Positions 44,678 to 54,819 are shown, counted from the first letter of the stretch. The stretch: 60,734 nucleotides of DNA from a virus (IMGVR_UViG_3300047558_000101:1-60734), one strand, 5' to 3'. Notes: generated by a model not told the origin, from the letters alone. Translations and numbers: made by a program.

Positions 44678-44884
44678 TTACAGGCCGATCAATCGCTTGA
44701 AGAATTCAGCAGCCGCACCGGGGCCGAGCAACACAGCCGCCAGCACCGCCCAGATCGAGTATTCGATTTTGGTCATGCGCTTGTCACCCTTGTCGAGCGT
44801 GTGCGTGATGTGCTCGTAGCGCTGAGCGCAGATGGCCTCGTGCGTCTGCAACTTTGCTTCGGTTGTAGAGATCATGTCGGTCAC
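44678..44884 (-). CDS. XhlA/holin-like small membrane protein
   Basis: HEAICAQRY...RMTKIE followed by a TM segment. Confidence 0.7.
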   Translation of the reverse strand: MTDMISTTEAKLQTHEAICAQRYEHITHTLDKGDKRMTKIEYSIWAVLAAVLLGPGAAAEFFKRLIGL

Positions 44885-44887
44885 GGT

Positions 44888-45157
44888 TTACTCCACTGCT
44901 GGTTGCATTGATGCTAATGCGGTAGCTTGTTGTGCGTTGTATGCGTCGATGACTTCTTGTGTCCATGCCACGTTGCAAATTGCAACCACGTTTGCTGGAT
45001 GGCCTGTCAGGTCTTGACCGGGTGTTAGCGAAATACGGTGGTAGGTCTTGCTGAGTTCGTTGCCGTCTTCCATGATGCGTGTTGCTTCACGGTAAAAAAC
45101 GATGCCGTTCTCAGTGACGGTGATCTGGTCGACTGTGGTGGTTTTGGTGAGTGACAT
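44888..45157 (-). CDS. Tail-fibre-associated small protein
   Basis: Follows the fibre gene. ICNVAWTQEVIDAY. Confidence 0.7.
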   Translation of the reverse strand: MSLTKTTTVDQITVTENGIVFYREATRIMEDGNELSKTYHRISLTPGQDLTGHPANVVAICNVAWTQEVIDAYNAQQATALASMQPAVE

Positions 45158-45198
45158 TTTTGTTTCCTTTGTGCGTTTGTACAACTTAGTACAAATAA

Positions 45199-46635
45199 TT
45201 AAACCCGATAAAACCCAGAAATTCCTAAATATCCAGTGCTTAAATTTGAAGCGCTGTCCGTTGCTGGTGAACCATAAACTGCATTTCCTTGAGTAACGCC
45301 AACAGGAATAATTACAAGGCTTGAGCCACTGACATACGCCGTCTTAAATGCCGTGTCAAAAACATCGTTGTAGCCGATTAAACAAACATTTTCATAGCTA
45401 TATCCGGTTCCCGCAAAAGGCAGACCGCCAACTAGGATGTTTCCTGTACCCTGAGAAGAAACCCCTGTAAGAACTACTAAAATATTAAAATAAACACGAT
45501 TGCCAATTTTTGTGTATTTGCCTTCTTGAACCGAATAAGTTACTGTTGGGTTTGTTGAACTACCTGAAAAATTTGGCGTAAAACTACCCTCTTCATAATC
45601 ATCCAGCGTGTTTGCGTCAGATGATGCAACTTGGGCGGCTGGAAATTTGATGCCTGTACCATCTGTGTACGAAACGTTACCAAGCGCAATACCATTGTTC
45701 AGCAAAATGTTGCCGCCAGAAGTGATGCGGAATTTTTCGTTAGTCGTGCCACCACTTGCAACAGCAATAGCAAAAAAGCCATCAAGCGCAGACGTGCTGG
45801 TGGTTGTCCGGCTGACAAAAATTTCAGCCATGCGAGTGTCACCACTTGCCTGTGATCGGTTTACGAAATCAATGATGCCGTAATTCGAGTTGGCGGCGGT
45901 TCCAGTAGACTCAATCGTCAAAAGGCTATTGCCCGATGACGCTGCGATTACCGCCAACTGTGAAGTAACAGCACCAGTAGCTGTTGACGACGAAGGCCCG
46001 CCGACAAACAATTTACCGCTAGAGTCGATACGGGCACGTTCAGTGCCGTTAGTGCCAAAAACCGTAGCTGAATTTTCGTAGTTCCACAGATAGACGTTAG
46101 CGTCACTCCACATCTGTACAGCAAAACCATCTGAAGCCGTTGCGCCTGATCCAGTATTGTGTAGACGAATTTCTGTAGCTGAGGCTCCAGCAATGTTTAA
46201 AAATTTGTTGGCGGACGCCGTAGGGCTTGCCGTACCGATACCGATGTTGCCTGACGAGTCTTTCACAAACTGGTTTGTGCCAATCGTGATCGCGCCAGTG
46301 CCGCCTGTCAGCGTGCCTGTGTAGCTTGGGTTGGCAATCGTCAGATATTTCGCATCAGCTTCGCTCTTGAGGTAGCCGTCGGACAAACCGCGTGGGAACG
46401 ATGCCACGATAACGATGGAGTCGCCTGATGCTGCGCCTGTGGCGAGCGTGACTGTTACACCGTCAGATGCTGTGTAGTCGTCGCCGTTGACGAGCTTGAC
46501 ACCGTTTTGGTACACGTCGCAGTACCCGAGCGTGTAACCGCTCGAGGGTGTGAACGCTGTCTGGTTCGATGTCGCCGTGAACGCGGTTTCTACACGCTGC
46601 GACGCGACGCCGGGGGAATTTCCGATGTAGGCCAT
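45199..46635 (-). CDS. Tail fibre protein
   Basis: MAYIGN start, DSSGNIGIGT/ERARIDSSG repeats and a C-terminal DANTLDDYEEG domain. Confidence 0.85.
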   Translation of the reverse strand: MAYIGNSPGVASQRVETAFTATSNQTAFTPSSGYTLGYCDVYQNGVKLVNGDDYTASDGVTVTLATGAASGDSIVIVASFPRGLSDGYLKSEADAKYLTIANPSYTGTLTGGTGAITIGTNQFVKDSSGNIGIGTASPTASANKFLNIAGASATEIRLHNTGSGATASDGFAVQMWSDANVYLWNYENSATVFGTNGTERARIDSSGKLFVGGPSSSTATGAVTSQLAVIAASSGNSLLTIESTGTAANSNYGIIDFVNRSQASGDTRMAEIFVSRTTTSTSALDGFFAIAVASGGTTNEKFRITSGGNILLNNGIALGNVSYTDGTGIKFPAAQVASSDANTLDDYEEGSFTPNFSGSSTNPTVTYSVQEGKYTKIGNRVYFNILVVLTGVSSQGTGNILVGGLPFAGTGYSYENVCLIGYNDVFDTAFKTAYVSGSSLVIIPVGVTQGNAVYGSPATDSASNLSTGYLGISGFYRV

Positions 46636-48342
46636 TTATTGGGTCTCCAGCGCAGTGATGCGTTCTGTCAGGGATTCGATTATCGCTTGTTGTTCTTGGA
46701 TGGCTTTGATGAGCATAGGAACGAACACGCTGTATTTGACGGACTTAGTTGTTGTGCCCGTTGGGACTTCATTGGTGACCTCTTGGCCATCTTCCCCAAC
46801 AGTTGTAACACGCTCTGTGTCTGGCGACTCCTCAACCATACCCGGAAAGATTTGCTCGAGCTCCTGCGCTACAACACCAAGTTGTTTTTCATTGCTTCCG
46901 ATAAAGTTGTAGTTCACCACACGAACTTGGTTCAACTGCGCCAGTTTGGGAGTGGCATCTGTAATGTTTTCTTTCAGCTTGACGTCGGAAATAGCACCAT
47001 AACTGCCGTTAGTGTTGGTCACATTACCTGAGTCGGCTACACGGAACTTATATGTGCTACTTGCGTAGTTGTAGTAACCGATTGCATAAAACGTATTGTT
47101 CGTAGTTCCTCGCGCAGCTCCAACAAAGAACAACGCATCTTGAGTAATCGAACTACTGTTGTTGTAAACAATAAACGTCTGGTTAACAGATACATCATTT
47201 GAAATAAATTCATAGTACGGCCCACTTGCGTTGATATAGCCGCCTGTGTTTGTAGCCTTGAAGAAACCGCTGGCATTGATGCGGGCTGCTTCTGTGCCAC
47301 TACCTACGGTCCAAATATGGTTGGTAACCGTTGCAGCAGTAGCAGTGCCGCCGTTGGTAATCTTGTACGCGGCAACATCGCCGCCACCGCCACCGCTATA
47401 ACCAGAGCGAAGGTTGATGTAGTACCCCGCACCAGACCCACCGACAGTGCCGGTCATCCAGTATGGGTTGGCGTTTGAAACGCTAGCTGTGGCAGGGAAG
47501 TTAACCGATGCGTATGCGCTAGTTAAAACAATGTTGCCTTGGTCACTCCAAAGCACACCTGCATTGTTGTTGTACGCCAGTGAAGTTCCAGAATAGCCCT
47601 TCAGAATAACGCCGCCAGAACCACTGCTGGATGTTGCACCAACTAAGAAAACTCCGCTGGCGTCGATACGGACGCGCTCTGCTGGCGTTCCTGATCCTGT
47701 GTAAAAGCGATGCGACGCAGTTGTTGATGTGCGAGGTATGTAAATTACATCGCCATTCGTGCCGCCAAAAACTGTATCCGTACCCCAAAGGATATATGCG
47801 TTGGTGTCTGATGAGGGAACAGCCCCGACAAGCCCAAAGTTGATGCCTGTGTTTGCGTCGTATCCCGCTTTGATGTTGCCAACCACGGTTAACTTTTGAG
47901 TTGGGCTTGCAACGCCAATGCCAACATTGCCGCCAAACGGGTTGAGCAAAAGGTCATATGCCGTGGTGCCGCTACCGTTTGACCGTTGAATTGTTGCCGC
48001 GCCACTGCTTGTTCCACCAAATGAAGTGACGGTGCTGTCAGAGCTGTGCGTCTTAAGAAGGGTTACTGCATTTGTTACGGAGTCGGCTAGGCTGGATGTA
48101 TAGCTGGTAATGCCGGATGCAACATGCAGCCTAACACTTGGCGATGCAGTACCAATGCCAAAGTTACTTGAGGTATCCCAAGTCGGCGCACCGGTAGAAA
48201 GCTTTGCGGGAGTGATAACTGCCGAAGCAATCTTTGCAGCCGTGACGGCGCTGTCCTTAATGTCCGGTGTATCGACCGTACCATCTTGGATGTTGGCCCC
48301 GCTGATGAGACCTTGGGCTAGGCTGTTGCCGATCATTCCCAT
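46636..48342 (-). CDS. Tail fibre protein with C-terminal intramolecular chaperone (S74)
   Basis: GNVGIG repeats and SDVKLKENI...GVVAQELE...VKYS...LIKAIQE. Confidence 0.88.
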   Translation of the reverse strand: MGMIGNSLAQGLISGANIQDGTVDTPDIKDSAVTAAKIASAVITPAKLSTGAPTWDTSSNFGIGTASPSVRLHVASGITSYTSSLADSVTNAVTLLKTHSSDSTVTSFGGTSSGAATIQRSNGSGTTAYDLLLNPFGGNVGIGVASPTQKLTVVGNIKAGYDANTGINFGLVGAVPSSDTNAYILWGTDTVFGGTNGDVIYIPRTSTTASHRFYTGSGTPAERVRIDASGVFLVGATSSSGSGGVILKGYSGTSLAYNNNAGVLWSDQGNIVLTSAYASVNFPATASVSNANPYWMTGTVGGSGAGYYINLRSGYSGGGGGDVAAYKITNGGTATAATVTNHIWTVGSGTEAARINASGFFKATNTGGYINASGPYYEFISNDVSVNQTFIVYNNSSSITQDALFFVGAARGTTNNTFYAIGYYNYASSTYKFRVADSGNVTNTNGSYGAISDVKLKENITDATPKLAQLNQVRVVNYNFIGSNEKQLGVVAQELEQIFPGMVEESPDTERVTTVGEDGQEVTNEVPTGTTTKSVKYSVFVPMLIKAIQEQQAIIESLTERITALETQ

Positions 48343-48352
48343 GGACTACTCC

Positions 48353-48679
48353 TTAGACGAGGTATGACACAACTGCGTCGGCTGATGTACCTGCGCTGGC
48401 GTAGGCCGTGACAGAGTCACCAGCCTCAAGCACGAGTTTTTGATCGCCACCCACGATGGCGAGCGCACCGCCGGGCAACACCGTGGCATCCTTTACCAAA
48501 AACGCGTTTGATGTGTCAGCCTTGACCAGCTTCGCAGACACTGTAATGTTTGCTGCTGTTGTGTTGGCCAACGACAAACCGACCAGCGTGTGAGTCGTGC
48601 CAGAACTCACCGTCGCTGAGACGGTAGAGGGGCTACCCGATGTGCCGATGTTTGCGGTTACTTTTGATTTGAATGCCAT
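48353..48679 (-). CDS. Small virion structural protein
   Basis: Beta-rich, 108 aa, in the tail cluster. Confidence 0.7.
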   Translation of the reverse strand: MAFKSKVTANIGTSGSPSTVSATVSSGTTHTLVGLSLANTTAANITVSAKLVKADTSNAFLVKDATVLPGGALAIVGGDQKLVLEAGDSVTAYASAGTSADAVVSYLV

Positions 48680-48688
48680 GGTATTTCC

Positions 48689-48901
48689 TTACCCAAGAGC
48701 GATAGCGAACGCGATCGCCTGCTCTTGAACCTCTGTAGTGCTATACACGCCCAGATTGGTTCGTGCGGTCGATGTGCTCGACAGATCACTGAGGTTGTTG
48801 GACTTTTCCATCTTGTCGGTGTTCAAGTTTGAAAAGTTGTCATCAACCTCAGTGTTTGTTAAGGGCGAACCCTTGACGTTGCGAAGTGTTAGCGTAGACA
48901 T
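48689..48901 (-). CDS. Small tail protein
   Basis: KGSPLTNTEVDDNF, NNLSDL and C-terminal IAFAIALG. Confidence 0.7.
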   Translation of the reverse strand: MSTLTLRNVKGSPLTNTEVDDNFSNLNTDKMEKSNNLSDLSSTSTARTNLGVYSTTEVQEQAIAFAIALG

Positions 48902-48913
48902 GTCAACCTCCTA

Positions 48914-49363
48914 TTAGGAGACTGTGATCGCCCATGTAATGCTCATGGCGTCGTCAGCACCCTTGTTCACCACAGCGAACACAGTGCGGCACAACAATGT
49001 GCCAGAGCTCGAGGCGTTCAAGATACCAGCTTCCACAACAGCACCAGTACCGGTACCAGCCGGGAATGTTGCGGTGTAAGTGGTCACTGCGCCAGAATTG
49101 GTGGCAGAAGCTAAGCTCACGCGACCGAGTTCGCTACCCAAGGCTGTGTCGCCGTTGGCAGCTGCGGTGTTGTTTGAGCCAATGGCCATGTGGCTCATCG
49201 CTGCGGGTGAGTTGGTAGTGGTCTTGAGCATGCTCGCGGCAATGAATCCCTTACCAGCGGTGACGACCAAGTTCTTGATCTCGCGCTTGTCTTTGACGTT
49301 GCCGTCTTTGTCGAACAATTGCACCAACACATTGCCGGTGACTTTGATGTTTTCCTGAAGCAT
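48914..49363 (-). CDS. Tail/fibre-anchoring structural protein
   Basis: KNLVVTAG...MAIG...DTALGSE...VEAGILN. Confidence 0.75.
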   Translation of the reverse strand: MLQENIKVTGNVLVQLFDKDGNVKDKREIKNLVVTAGKGFIAASMLKTTTNSPAAMSHMAIGSNNTAAANGDTALGSELGRVSLASATNSGAVTTYTATFPAGTGTGAVVEAGILNASSSGTLLCRTVFAVVNKGADDAMSITWAITVS

Positions 49364-49371
49364 GTTTACTC

Positions 49372-50283
49372 CTAAAAGGTTCTGTACGCGCCGACGTAAT
49401 CGGATGCGAAGTAGGTTAAATCGCAGTACCCCTGCGAATACAGGTATCCGGCGTCGGCAGTCGACGCAGATTCAGACAAGCCCTTGATAGGCGTTAGTAT
49501 AGAAGCATCTGACAAACTAATCGAGTCGGTTCTGTCTGACAGGACGAAATTAATCGCTGGCGAGTCAGACAAAGAAACAGAATCAGTTTTCGGCAGGTCA
49601 ATCAAGTACGCGAGCGCGTCGGCGACCGTCGCAGTTTCTGCTAATGCTTTGCTGTTATCAAGACTCAACGCATCCAAGATCGTGGAGGTCTCAGAGAACG
49701 GCTTTTCAAAAATAGCTGAGTAGTCGTCAGTAGCAAATGTGATGTTGCTAACGCCTTTGTCAAACACCCAGACCGATCCGTCGGTAGTGTCGAAGCCGTC
49801 ATTCATCGCCACGCCATCAGACACTGACTTGTCTACGTTGCGAGCCGCAGATTCGCTGATTGTGGCTATCTCCGTCAACGCCTTTGTCAGAGTAAACGCC
49901 TTGGCGTCCGTGATGCTGGCAGAGTCTGCAAAATTGCGAATGTAGACCAAAACGCGAGAGAACGAATCGCTCATTGTCACGTTCTCGGTCAAACCCTTGG
50001 TAACGTCCAAAACTGGAGCGCTATCCGAGACACTAAGCGCGTCTGTTACCGCCTTGGTAAACGCAATTACTTTGGCGTCATCCAAAACGACAGAATCCAC
50101 CACATACTTGAAGCGACCTGTTGTATCAGCGTATGCTGAGGGCACGATCAAGATGTAGTCGATAAGCGCTACTGGAACAGCTACAGTCACGCCCGCGACT
50201 GGCGCAACAACAGACACACTAGCCCGGGCTTTTACAACCGAGACAGTAGCTCTTGTTACGTTGGGCGTGATGTTTGCAGACAT
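49372..50283 (-). CDS. Ser/Asp/Thr-rich repetitive tail protein
   Basis: About 19-aa quasi-repeats (K.L.E...SD). Confidence 0.7.
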   Translation of the reverse strand: MSANITPNVTRATVSVVKARASVSVVAPVAGVTVAVPVALIDYILIVPSAYADTTGRFKYVVDSVVLDDAKVIAFTKAVTDALSVSDSAPVLDVTKGLTENVTMSDSFSRVLVYIRNFADSASITDAKAFTLTKALTEIATISESAARNVDKSVSDGVAMNDGFDTTDGSVWVFDKGVSNITFATDDYSAIFEKPFSETSTILDALSLDNSKALAETATVADALAYLIDLPKTDSVSLSDSPAINFVLSDRTDSISLSDASILTPIKGLSESASTADAGYLYSQGYCDLTYFASDYVGAYRTF

Positions 50284-50615
50284 CAGAAGTCCTCGCGCAT
50301 CTTGAACTTGATAACGTCGTAAACCGTCTGTTTGGTGTTGTCAGAGAATGTGATCTCAATCTCACCCTCGTAGTCGCCTGCATCGCCAGTCAACATTTCA
50401 GGGGCTGACGCAGGGTAAAAAGCACATTGGCCAGCAGCGCCGTCGGTCACAGAGCCGGTAATCGTGGCTTGAAGGGTGGTGCTACCCACAGCACGAAAAC
50501 GCATCACCACAGTGGCACCCGTGATGTTGATAGCCTCTTCGGTGGTATCGTCAGTCAGAGTGACAACAATCGCTGGTCGTGTGTCGCCTTGAACGAGTTT
50601 GATTTTTTCAGCCAT
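50283..50615 (-). CDS. BppU N-terminal-like domain protein
   Basis: LVQGDT.P...AINITGATV...GDYEGEIEITF. Confidence 0.7.
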   Translation of the reverse strand: MAEKIKLVQGDTRPAIVVTLTDDTTEEAINITGATVVMRFRAVGSTTLQATITGSVTDGAAGQCAFYPASAPEMLTGDAGDYEGEIEITFSDNTKQTVYDVIKFKMREDF

Positions 50616-50617
50616 GA

Positions 50618-51277
50618 TTAATCCTTCGGTGCCACGCCTGCTGTGCCACTCAACTCAGTGTTCAGCAGGTTTTGATAGAGCTGGTAGAAGCTTGCGGCGA
50701 GCTGTGCGTTCATCGCGTTCTCAGAATCTTTGCTGTAGGCGCGGTACAAGATGTAGTTCACCAACGCGTTGACATAGATGTCTGCCACGCTGATGTTGCC
50801 GGTCACATCCGTGTACAAGGCGCTGCCGCCGGGTTCGGTGATGTCGGTTGGGTACGCAGAGTAAATCAGCTCCACAGAAGCGTTTGACGAGGCTGCGGGC
50901 GGGTACACATAGAAGATGCGTGGCTCACGGGGATCGTATGTGTAGTGGCGGATGTCGGTCACGCCGGTTTTGTTGTACCAGTCAGGCACCTGTGCGTCCA
51001 GAATGACACGGCTGGTGAGGCGAATGGCACGTTTGGTACCACCGGTGTTGCGGATGATCTCGAGCAGTTTTGCGCCAGTAGAAGGCAAAGTCTGCCGTGC
51101 GCCTCCGGTCAATGCCAGTGTGGCAGTGGTTGAGGTAGCGTCTGGGCGCACGAGCGCAATGTCACGCTGACCGTCGTTGAGGTACCGCACCAATTCAGCG
51201 GTTGGCCAGCGCACGGCGTTGGCGTCTTGTAGCGTGATCACCACGCGTTTGAGTACGTTTTGGGCTGAAAATGCCAT
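50618..51277 (-). CDS. Head-tail adaptor-like protein
   Basis: LQD...VRW...EL..YLNDGQR...RPDA and YRAYSKD. Confidence 0.7.
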   Translation of the reverse strand: MAFSAQNVLKRVVITLQDANAVRWPTAELVRYLNDGQRDIALVRPDATSTTATLALTGGARQTLPSTGAKLLEIIRNTGGTKRAIRLTSRVILDAQVPDWYNKTGVTDIRHYTYDPREPRIFYVYPPAASSNASVELIYSAYPTDITEPGGSALYTDVTGNISVADIYVNALVNYILYRAYSKDSENAMNAQLAASFYQLYQNLLNTELSGTAGVAPKD

Positions 51278-51285
51278 GGTCTACC

Positions 51286-51918
51286 TCAAGCGAAAGGGCG
51301 GCTGCGCACGCGCATGGAGCCACGGGCAAGGCCGAAGTTACTCTCGATGCGCGAAGAGACGGTCATACGCGAAGCAGCGTCGAGCAGCTCTTGTGCGCGT
51401 GCGTAATTCGTAAAAGGCTGATCTGGAATCTGCATGGCGCGAGCGATTGCACCCGACACGATGGGGTCGATCCAGATGTTGTACATGTCGTCGTCCAGCT
51501 GTGTAGCACTACGCGCAGGGCGCAAGGTCACAGCGACAACCACGGGGTAGACTTTGTCAGGTGGAGGTGACAAACGCAGTGTGAATGTGTTGTCCGTGCG
51601 GTCAGTGTAGAAGCCGCGTGGGATTGCGTTGGCGGTAGGTAAATCGTTGCGAATTACCTCGGCCAAGCCAGCGCCAAGTTCTTTGCCATTCACAGCAACG
51701 CTCATCACGCGGTTAATGTCGTGTTGTGCTGTTGGTGGATCAAGATCGTATTGAGTAAGACCAACGATGGTGTAGAACGTGTCTAAGTTTTGGCGAAGAG
51801 TGAGGGAACTTTCCGCGAATTCAATCGCGGAATTGAGTAGAACCTGATCGACCATCGGCTCTGAGCAGCCGGGTAGGTACGGCAGAATTCGTGGGTAGAA
51901 CGCGCTCAGAGCTTTCAT
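51286..51918 (-). CDS. Head-tail adaptor-like protein
   Basis: 210 aa after the capsid genes. LPGCSEP motif. Confidence 0.65.
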   Translation of the reverse strand: MKALSAFYPRILPYLPGCSEPMVDQVLLNSAIEFAESSLTLRQNLDTFYTIVGLTQYDLDPPTAQHDINRVMSVAVNGKELGAGLAEVIRNDLPTANAIPRGFYTDRTDNTFTLRLSPPPDKVYPVVVAVTLRPARSATQLDDDMYNIWIDPIVSGAIARAMQIPDQPFTNYARAQELLDAASRMTVSSRIESNFGLARGSMRVRSRPFA

Positions 51919-51927
51919 GGTTTTACC

Positions 51928-52239
51928 TTATTCGGCAGCAGGTTGTTCAGTTTCTGCTGGCGCATCGACAGCAGTCTCGGGTGTCTCAGCCTGCGGTTCC
52001 TGCTCTGGCTGTGCATCAGATTCTACCTGAGCAGCTTTAGATTTGCGAGTTTTTGTTGGCTTTGCTTCTTCAGCAGCCAAGTTCGAGTGCAAATTCATCA
52101 GCGCGGTGCCTTCTTCAGTAGGCTCCCACTCAGTGCCGTTCAACACAGCAGCGACAACAGTTTTGCCGTCTACAACAACGCGAACACGGTTCATCACGAT
52201 TTCACCGCCGAGGCGATCCATCAATTCGAGTGCAGTCAT
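51928..52239 (-). CDS. Hypothetical protein
   Basis: GGAG RBS and acidic tail. Confidence 0.7.
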   Translation of the reverse strand: MTALELMDRLGGEIVMNRVRVVVDGKTVVAAVLNGTEWEPTEEGTALMNLHSNLAAEEAKPTKTRKSKAAQVESDAQPEQEPQAETPETAVDAPAETEQPAAE

Positions 52240-52256
52240 TAAGTTCTCCAGAAGTT

Positions 52257-52281
52257 AAAAGGGGCCCCGAAGGGCCCCTTT
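52257..52281 (-). terminator. Rho-independent terminator
   Basis: Minus strand AAAGGGGCCC-TTCG-GGGCCCCTTTT. Confidence 0.85.
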
Positions 52282-52294
52282 ATTGTGCCATCAC

Positions 52295-52663
52295 TTAGGC
52301 GGGAGTAGCTACAGCGCCGAGGATTGCCAACCAGCTCAAACCGTCAGTACCGATTTGCACGAGTTGAACAACTTGTTGCTGACCAACCACCAAAGCGGCG
52401 TTGGCTGAACCACCGTTGATCGAGCCACCAGTGTTGGGATACACCTTGATGTCTTGAGCAGCGTCGAGGTTAGCAACCACGACCACGTCGCCTTGGCCAC
52501 GGCCAGCGGGCAAGATCACACCGTCGTTGTCAGCAGCGACAACAGTAACAGTGTTCAGAGCGCCGGTCAGCGCGGTAGCGCCAGCAGCAGTTTGAGTTGT
52601 ACCAGCGGTCAAACCGGTGGTAACGCCGCCAACCATGCGGCCAAAAGAAGTAACGTTAGGCAT
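52295..52663 (-). CDS. Capsid decoration/cement-like protein
   Basis: Gly/Ala/Thr-rich, 122 aa, directly after the MCP. Confidence 0.65.
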   Translation of the reverse strand: MPNVTSFGRMVGGVTTGLTAGTTQTAAGATALTGALNTVTVVAADNDGVILPAGRGQGDVVVVANLDAAQDIKVYPNTGGSINGGSANAALVVGQQQVVQLVQIGTDGLSWLAILGAVATPA

Positions 52664-52689
52664 TTGAAAATCTCCAGAAAATTGAGTTC

Positions 52690-52712
52690 AAAAAGAGGGG
52701 CCGAAGCCCCTC
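52690..52712 (-). terminator. Rho-independent terminator after the MCP
   Basis: Minus strand GAGGGGC-TTCG-GCCCCTC-TTTTT. Confidence 0.88.
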
Positions 52713-52717
52713 AGTTT

Positions 52718-53719
52718 TTAGCTGGCAGAGCCAACTTGTGCGACCACCAAAGCTTGTGGCTTCACCACTTTGCGACCGTACACAGCCAAACCGCGAACGA
52801 TGTCGCCGAAGTCTGTTTGGTTGCGCAGGGGCTCAGTCTTGTTCACGGTCATCGCGAACGACACAGCAGCCTTAGTACCAGCGATCATGGTACGGCGAGC
52901 CTTGGCGTTGGCCACAGAACCACCGGTAGAAGTGTCGGTCAAGCCAGACACCAAAGCCTTACCAGCAGCGCCGCGTGGCAACAAGTTAGACACATACACG
53001 CTGAAGCGGTCCAACATGCCGATCTTGCCAGTACGGATGGTGCTGGATTGGTCGCCAGTGAAGTAGGCTTGAGCGATGCTAGATTGCATCAACAGGTGAC
53101 GATCGTAGGGAGACAAGATCAACCAACGGCCATCTTCGGGCACGTTCTGCTCGTCCAACACGGTAGACATACGCAAGATCGCCTTCAACACGTTTTCAGG
53201 TGTTGCTTGGTCGATAGGAGTAGTGTCTGTACCCAAGTTGTAGGCAGCAGAGATTGCACCAGCGGTAGCGCCGTAGTTGGCAGCGTCAGCACCTTCGGTC
53301 ACGAAGCTGTTGAAGAACACTTCGTTTTCGATTTGGATTTTCAACTGCTTGGCAGCGTCTTCGGTGAACATGTTCATCAAGTTCATGTCTGACTGATAGG
53401 CCAACACGTCGTTCACTTGAACGCCGAAGTATTTGCCCTTGTTCACTTGCATATCTTGGTAGATAGGAGTGGGGACTTCGTAGTTCAGGTTTTGACCTGC
53501 GGTGTAGTCAGAGATGGTGATGGTGGGAGCCAAACGGATACGGATGGTATCGCCTTGGTTCTTCAACTCGCCTTCGTAGTCGGTGTTAGCGACTTCAGAC
53601 AACATGGTGTTTTGGTAGAACTTGGCCAACAGTTTGCCAGACCACAAGGTCGGGATAAACGCGCCAGAGTATGAAGTGCTCGTATTGAACGGAGCTTGTA
53701 CGGGGAAAACAGCAGCCAT
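52718..53719 (-). CDS. Major capsid protein
   Basis: FIPTLWSGKLL, YEGELKNQGDTIRI, VPEDGRWLIL and DIVRGLAVYGRKVVKP. Follows the scaffold gene. Confidence 0.92.
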   Translation of the reverse strand: MAAVFPVQAPFNTSTSYSGAFIPTLWSGKLLAKFYQNTMLSEVANTDYEGELKNQGDTIRIRLAPTITISDYTAGQNLNYEVPTPIYQDMQVNKGKYFGVQVNDVLAYQSDMNLMNMFTEDAAKQLKIQIENEVFFNSFVTEGADAANYGATAGAISAAYNLGTDTTPIDQATPENVLKAILRMSTVLDEQNVPEDGRWLILSPYDRHLLMQSSIAQAYFTGDQSSTIRTGKIGMLDRFSVYVSNLLPRGAAGKALVSGLTDTSTGGSVANAKARRTMIAGTKAAVSFAMTVNKTEPLRNQTDFGDIVRGLAVYGRKVVKPQALVVAQVGSAS

Positions 53720-53754
53720 TTTGGCCTCCTAAAAGTTAAACAGGTTGGTTCGAC

Positions 53755-54735
53755 CTACGCTGCTACACGATTCTCCATGTACGCGAGGTCAATTTCAGCT
53801 TCAAGTTTGCGTGCCTCTTCCAACTTGCCCTGTGCACCCAACAATGCGGCCTTTTGAAACATCTTTTCGACGTCCTTAACAGACAACATCTTGCCTGTCG
53901 GCGCTGGGGTAGCAGCGGGGGTTGTTCGATTCGGCTGAATTTGGCGTTCGATCTCTTCGGTTTTGCTTGGTGTTGGCTCTACGGGTGCCAATGTTTGCTT
54001 AAACATTGCAACGTAGTGTGCTACACCTGCGGCGTCGCCTTTGTTGAACGCTTCTTGTGCAACAGTCATTCGTGGGCCGCGCAACAGTGGGTCAACTTCT
54101 TGCAACCACGCAATCCACTTGGGATCAGCGTTTACTGCTTCGAAGTCGGGCACCAAACGGTGCAACCGCTGCTCGAATGTAGCTTCAGACACTTGAGAGC
54201 CTGTGGCGCTAAGCTGCTCGCGCAACTTCTCGTTTTCGGCTTTCATGGCGTCTAACTCACCACGAAACTCTGCTGCAACTTCGCGTGCAACCTTGCGTTG
54301 GACTTCAATTAAGTCCTTACCGAATGCTTCTTCGTCAGCTTCCGTTACCAGTTTCTCTGGTGTTGCTGGCTTAGCGGGCTCCGCTGGCTTGGCCTCAGCA
54401 GCTTGGCGGAGAGACTCCACTTGGCTTTTGAGCTCACGCAAGTCTGCGTGCAAGCGAGGGACTTCGGCGTCATACATACCCTTGAGGGTTTTGTATTTCT
54501 GCTCCCATTTCTCTTCAGAAACAACAGGTTCAGCTGGCTGAGGCGTTGGGTCAACAGGTGTTGGCTCGGCTGGGGCGGGTGCTGGGTCAGGTGTGGGCTC
54601 TGCGGGCGCTGGGTCAGGGTTTGGCGCGGGATCAGCCGGGGCTGGGTCTGCGCTGTTTTTCTGGCTATCAGCGATCTGCTGCTCTAACTTTTCCAGTTCC
54701 TTCAACTGGGCTTCAACTTGTTTTGGCAATGCCAT
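53755..54735 (-). CDS. Capsid scaffolding protein
   Basis: Pro-rich acidic coiled coil, WEQKYKTLKG and C-terminal IDLAYMENRV, upstream of the MCP. Confidence 0.8.
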   Translation of the reverse strand: MALPKQVEAQLKELEKLEQQIADSQKNSADPAPADPAPNPDPAPAEPTPDPAPAPAEPTPVDPTPQPAEPVVSEEKWEQKYKTLKGMYDAEVPRLHADLRELKSQVESLRQAAEAKPAEPAKPATPEKLVTEADEEAFGKDLIEVQRKVAREVAAEFRGELDAMKAENEKLREQLSATGSQVSEATFEQRLHRLVPDFEAVNADPKWIAWLQEVDPLLRGPRMTVAQEAFNKGDAAGVAHYVAMFKQTLAPVEPTPSKTEEIERQIQPNRTTPAATPAPTGKMLSVKDVEKMFQKAALLGAQGKLEEARKLEAEIDLAYMENRVAA

Positions 54736-54819
54736 CAAAATCTCCTAAAAGCTCCAACTCCGTTTCGGCTCCTACTGCGGTCTGCCTACGCGTAATGGTT
54801 TGCTCGGACTAAAAACCGG

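Noticed and set aside
45199-48342. Diversity-generating retroelement or invertible tail-fibre switch
   Set aside because: I found no reverse transcriptase, invertase, template/variable repeat pair or flanking inverted repeats.
52454-53392. Long antisense ORFs (for example 52454..53392, 33889..34665, 55251..55886, 14919..15608)
   Set aside because: They lie opposite well-supported genes and are explained by codon bias that depletes antisense stops.
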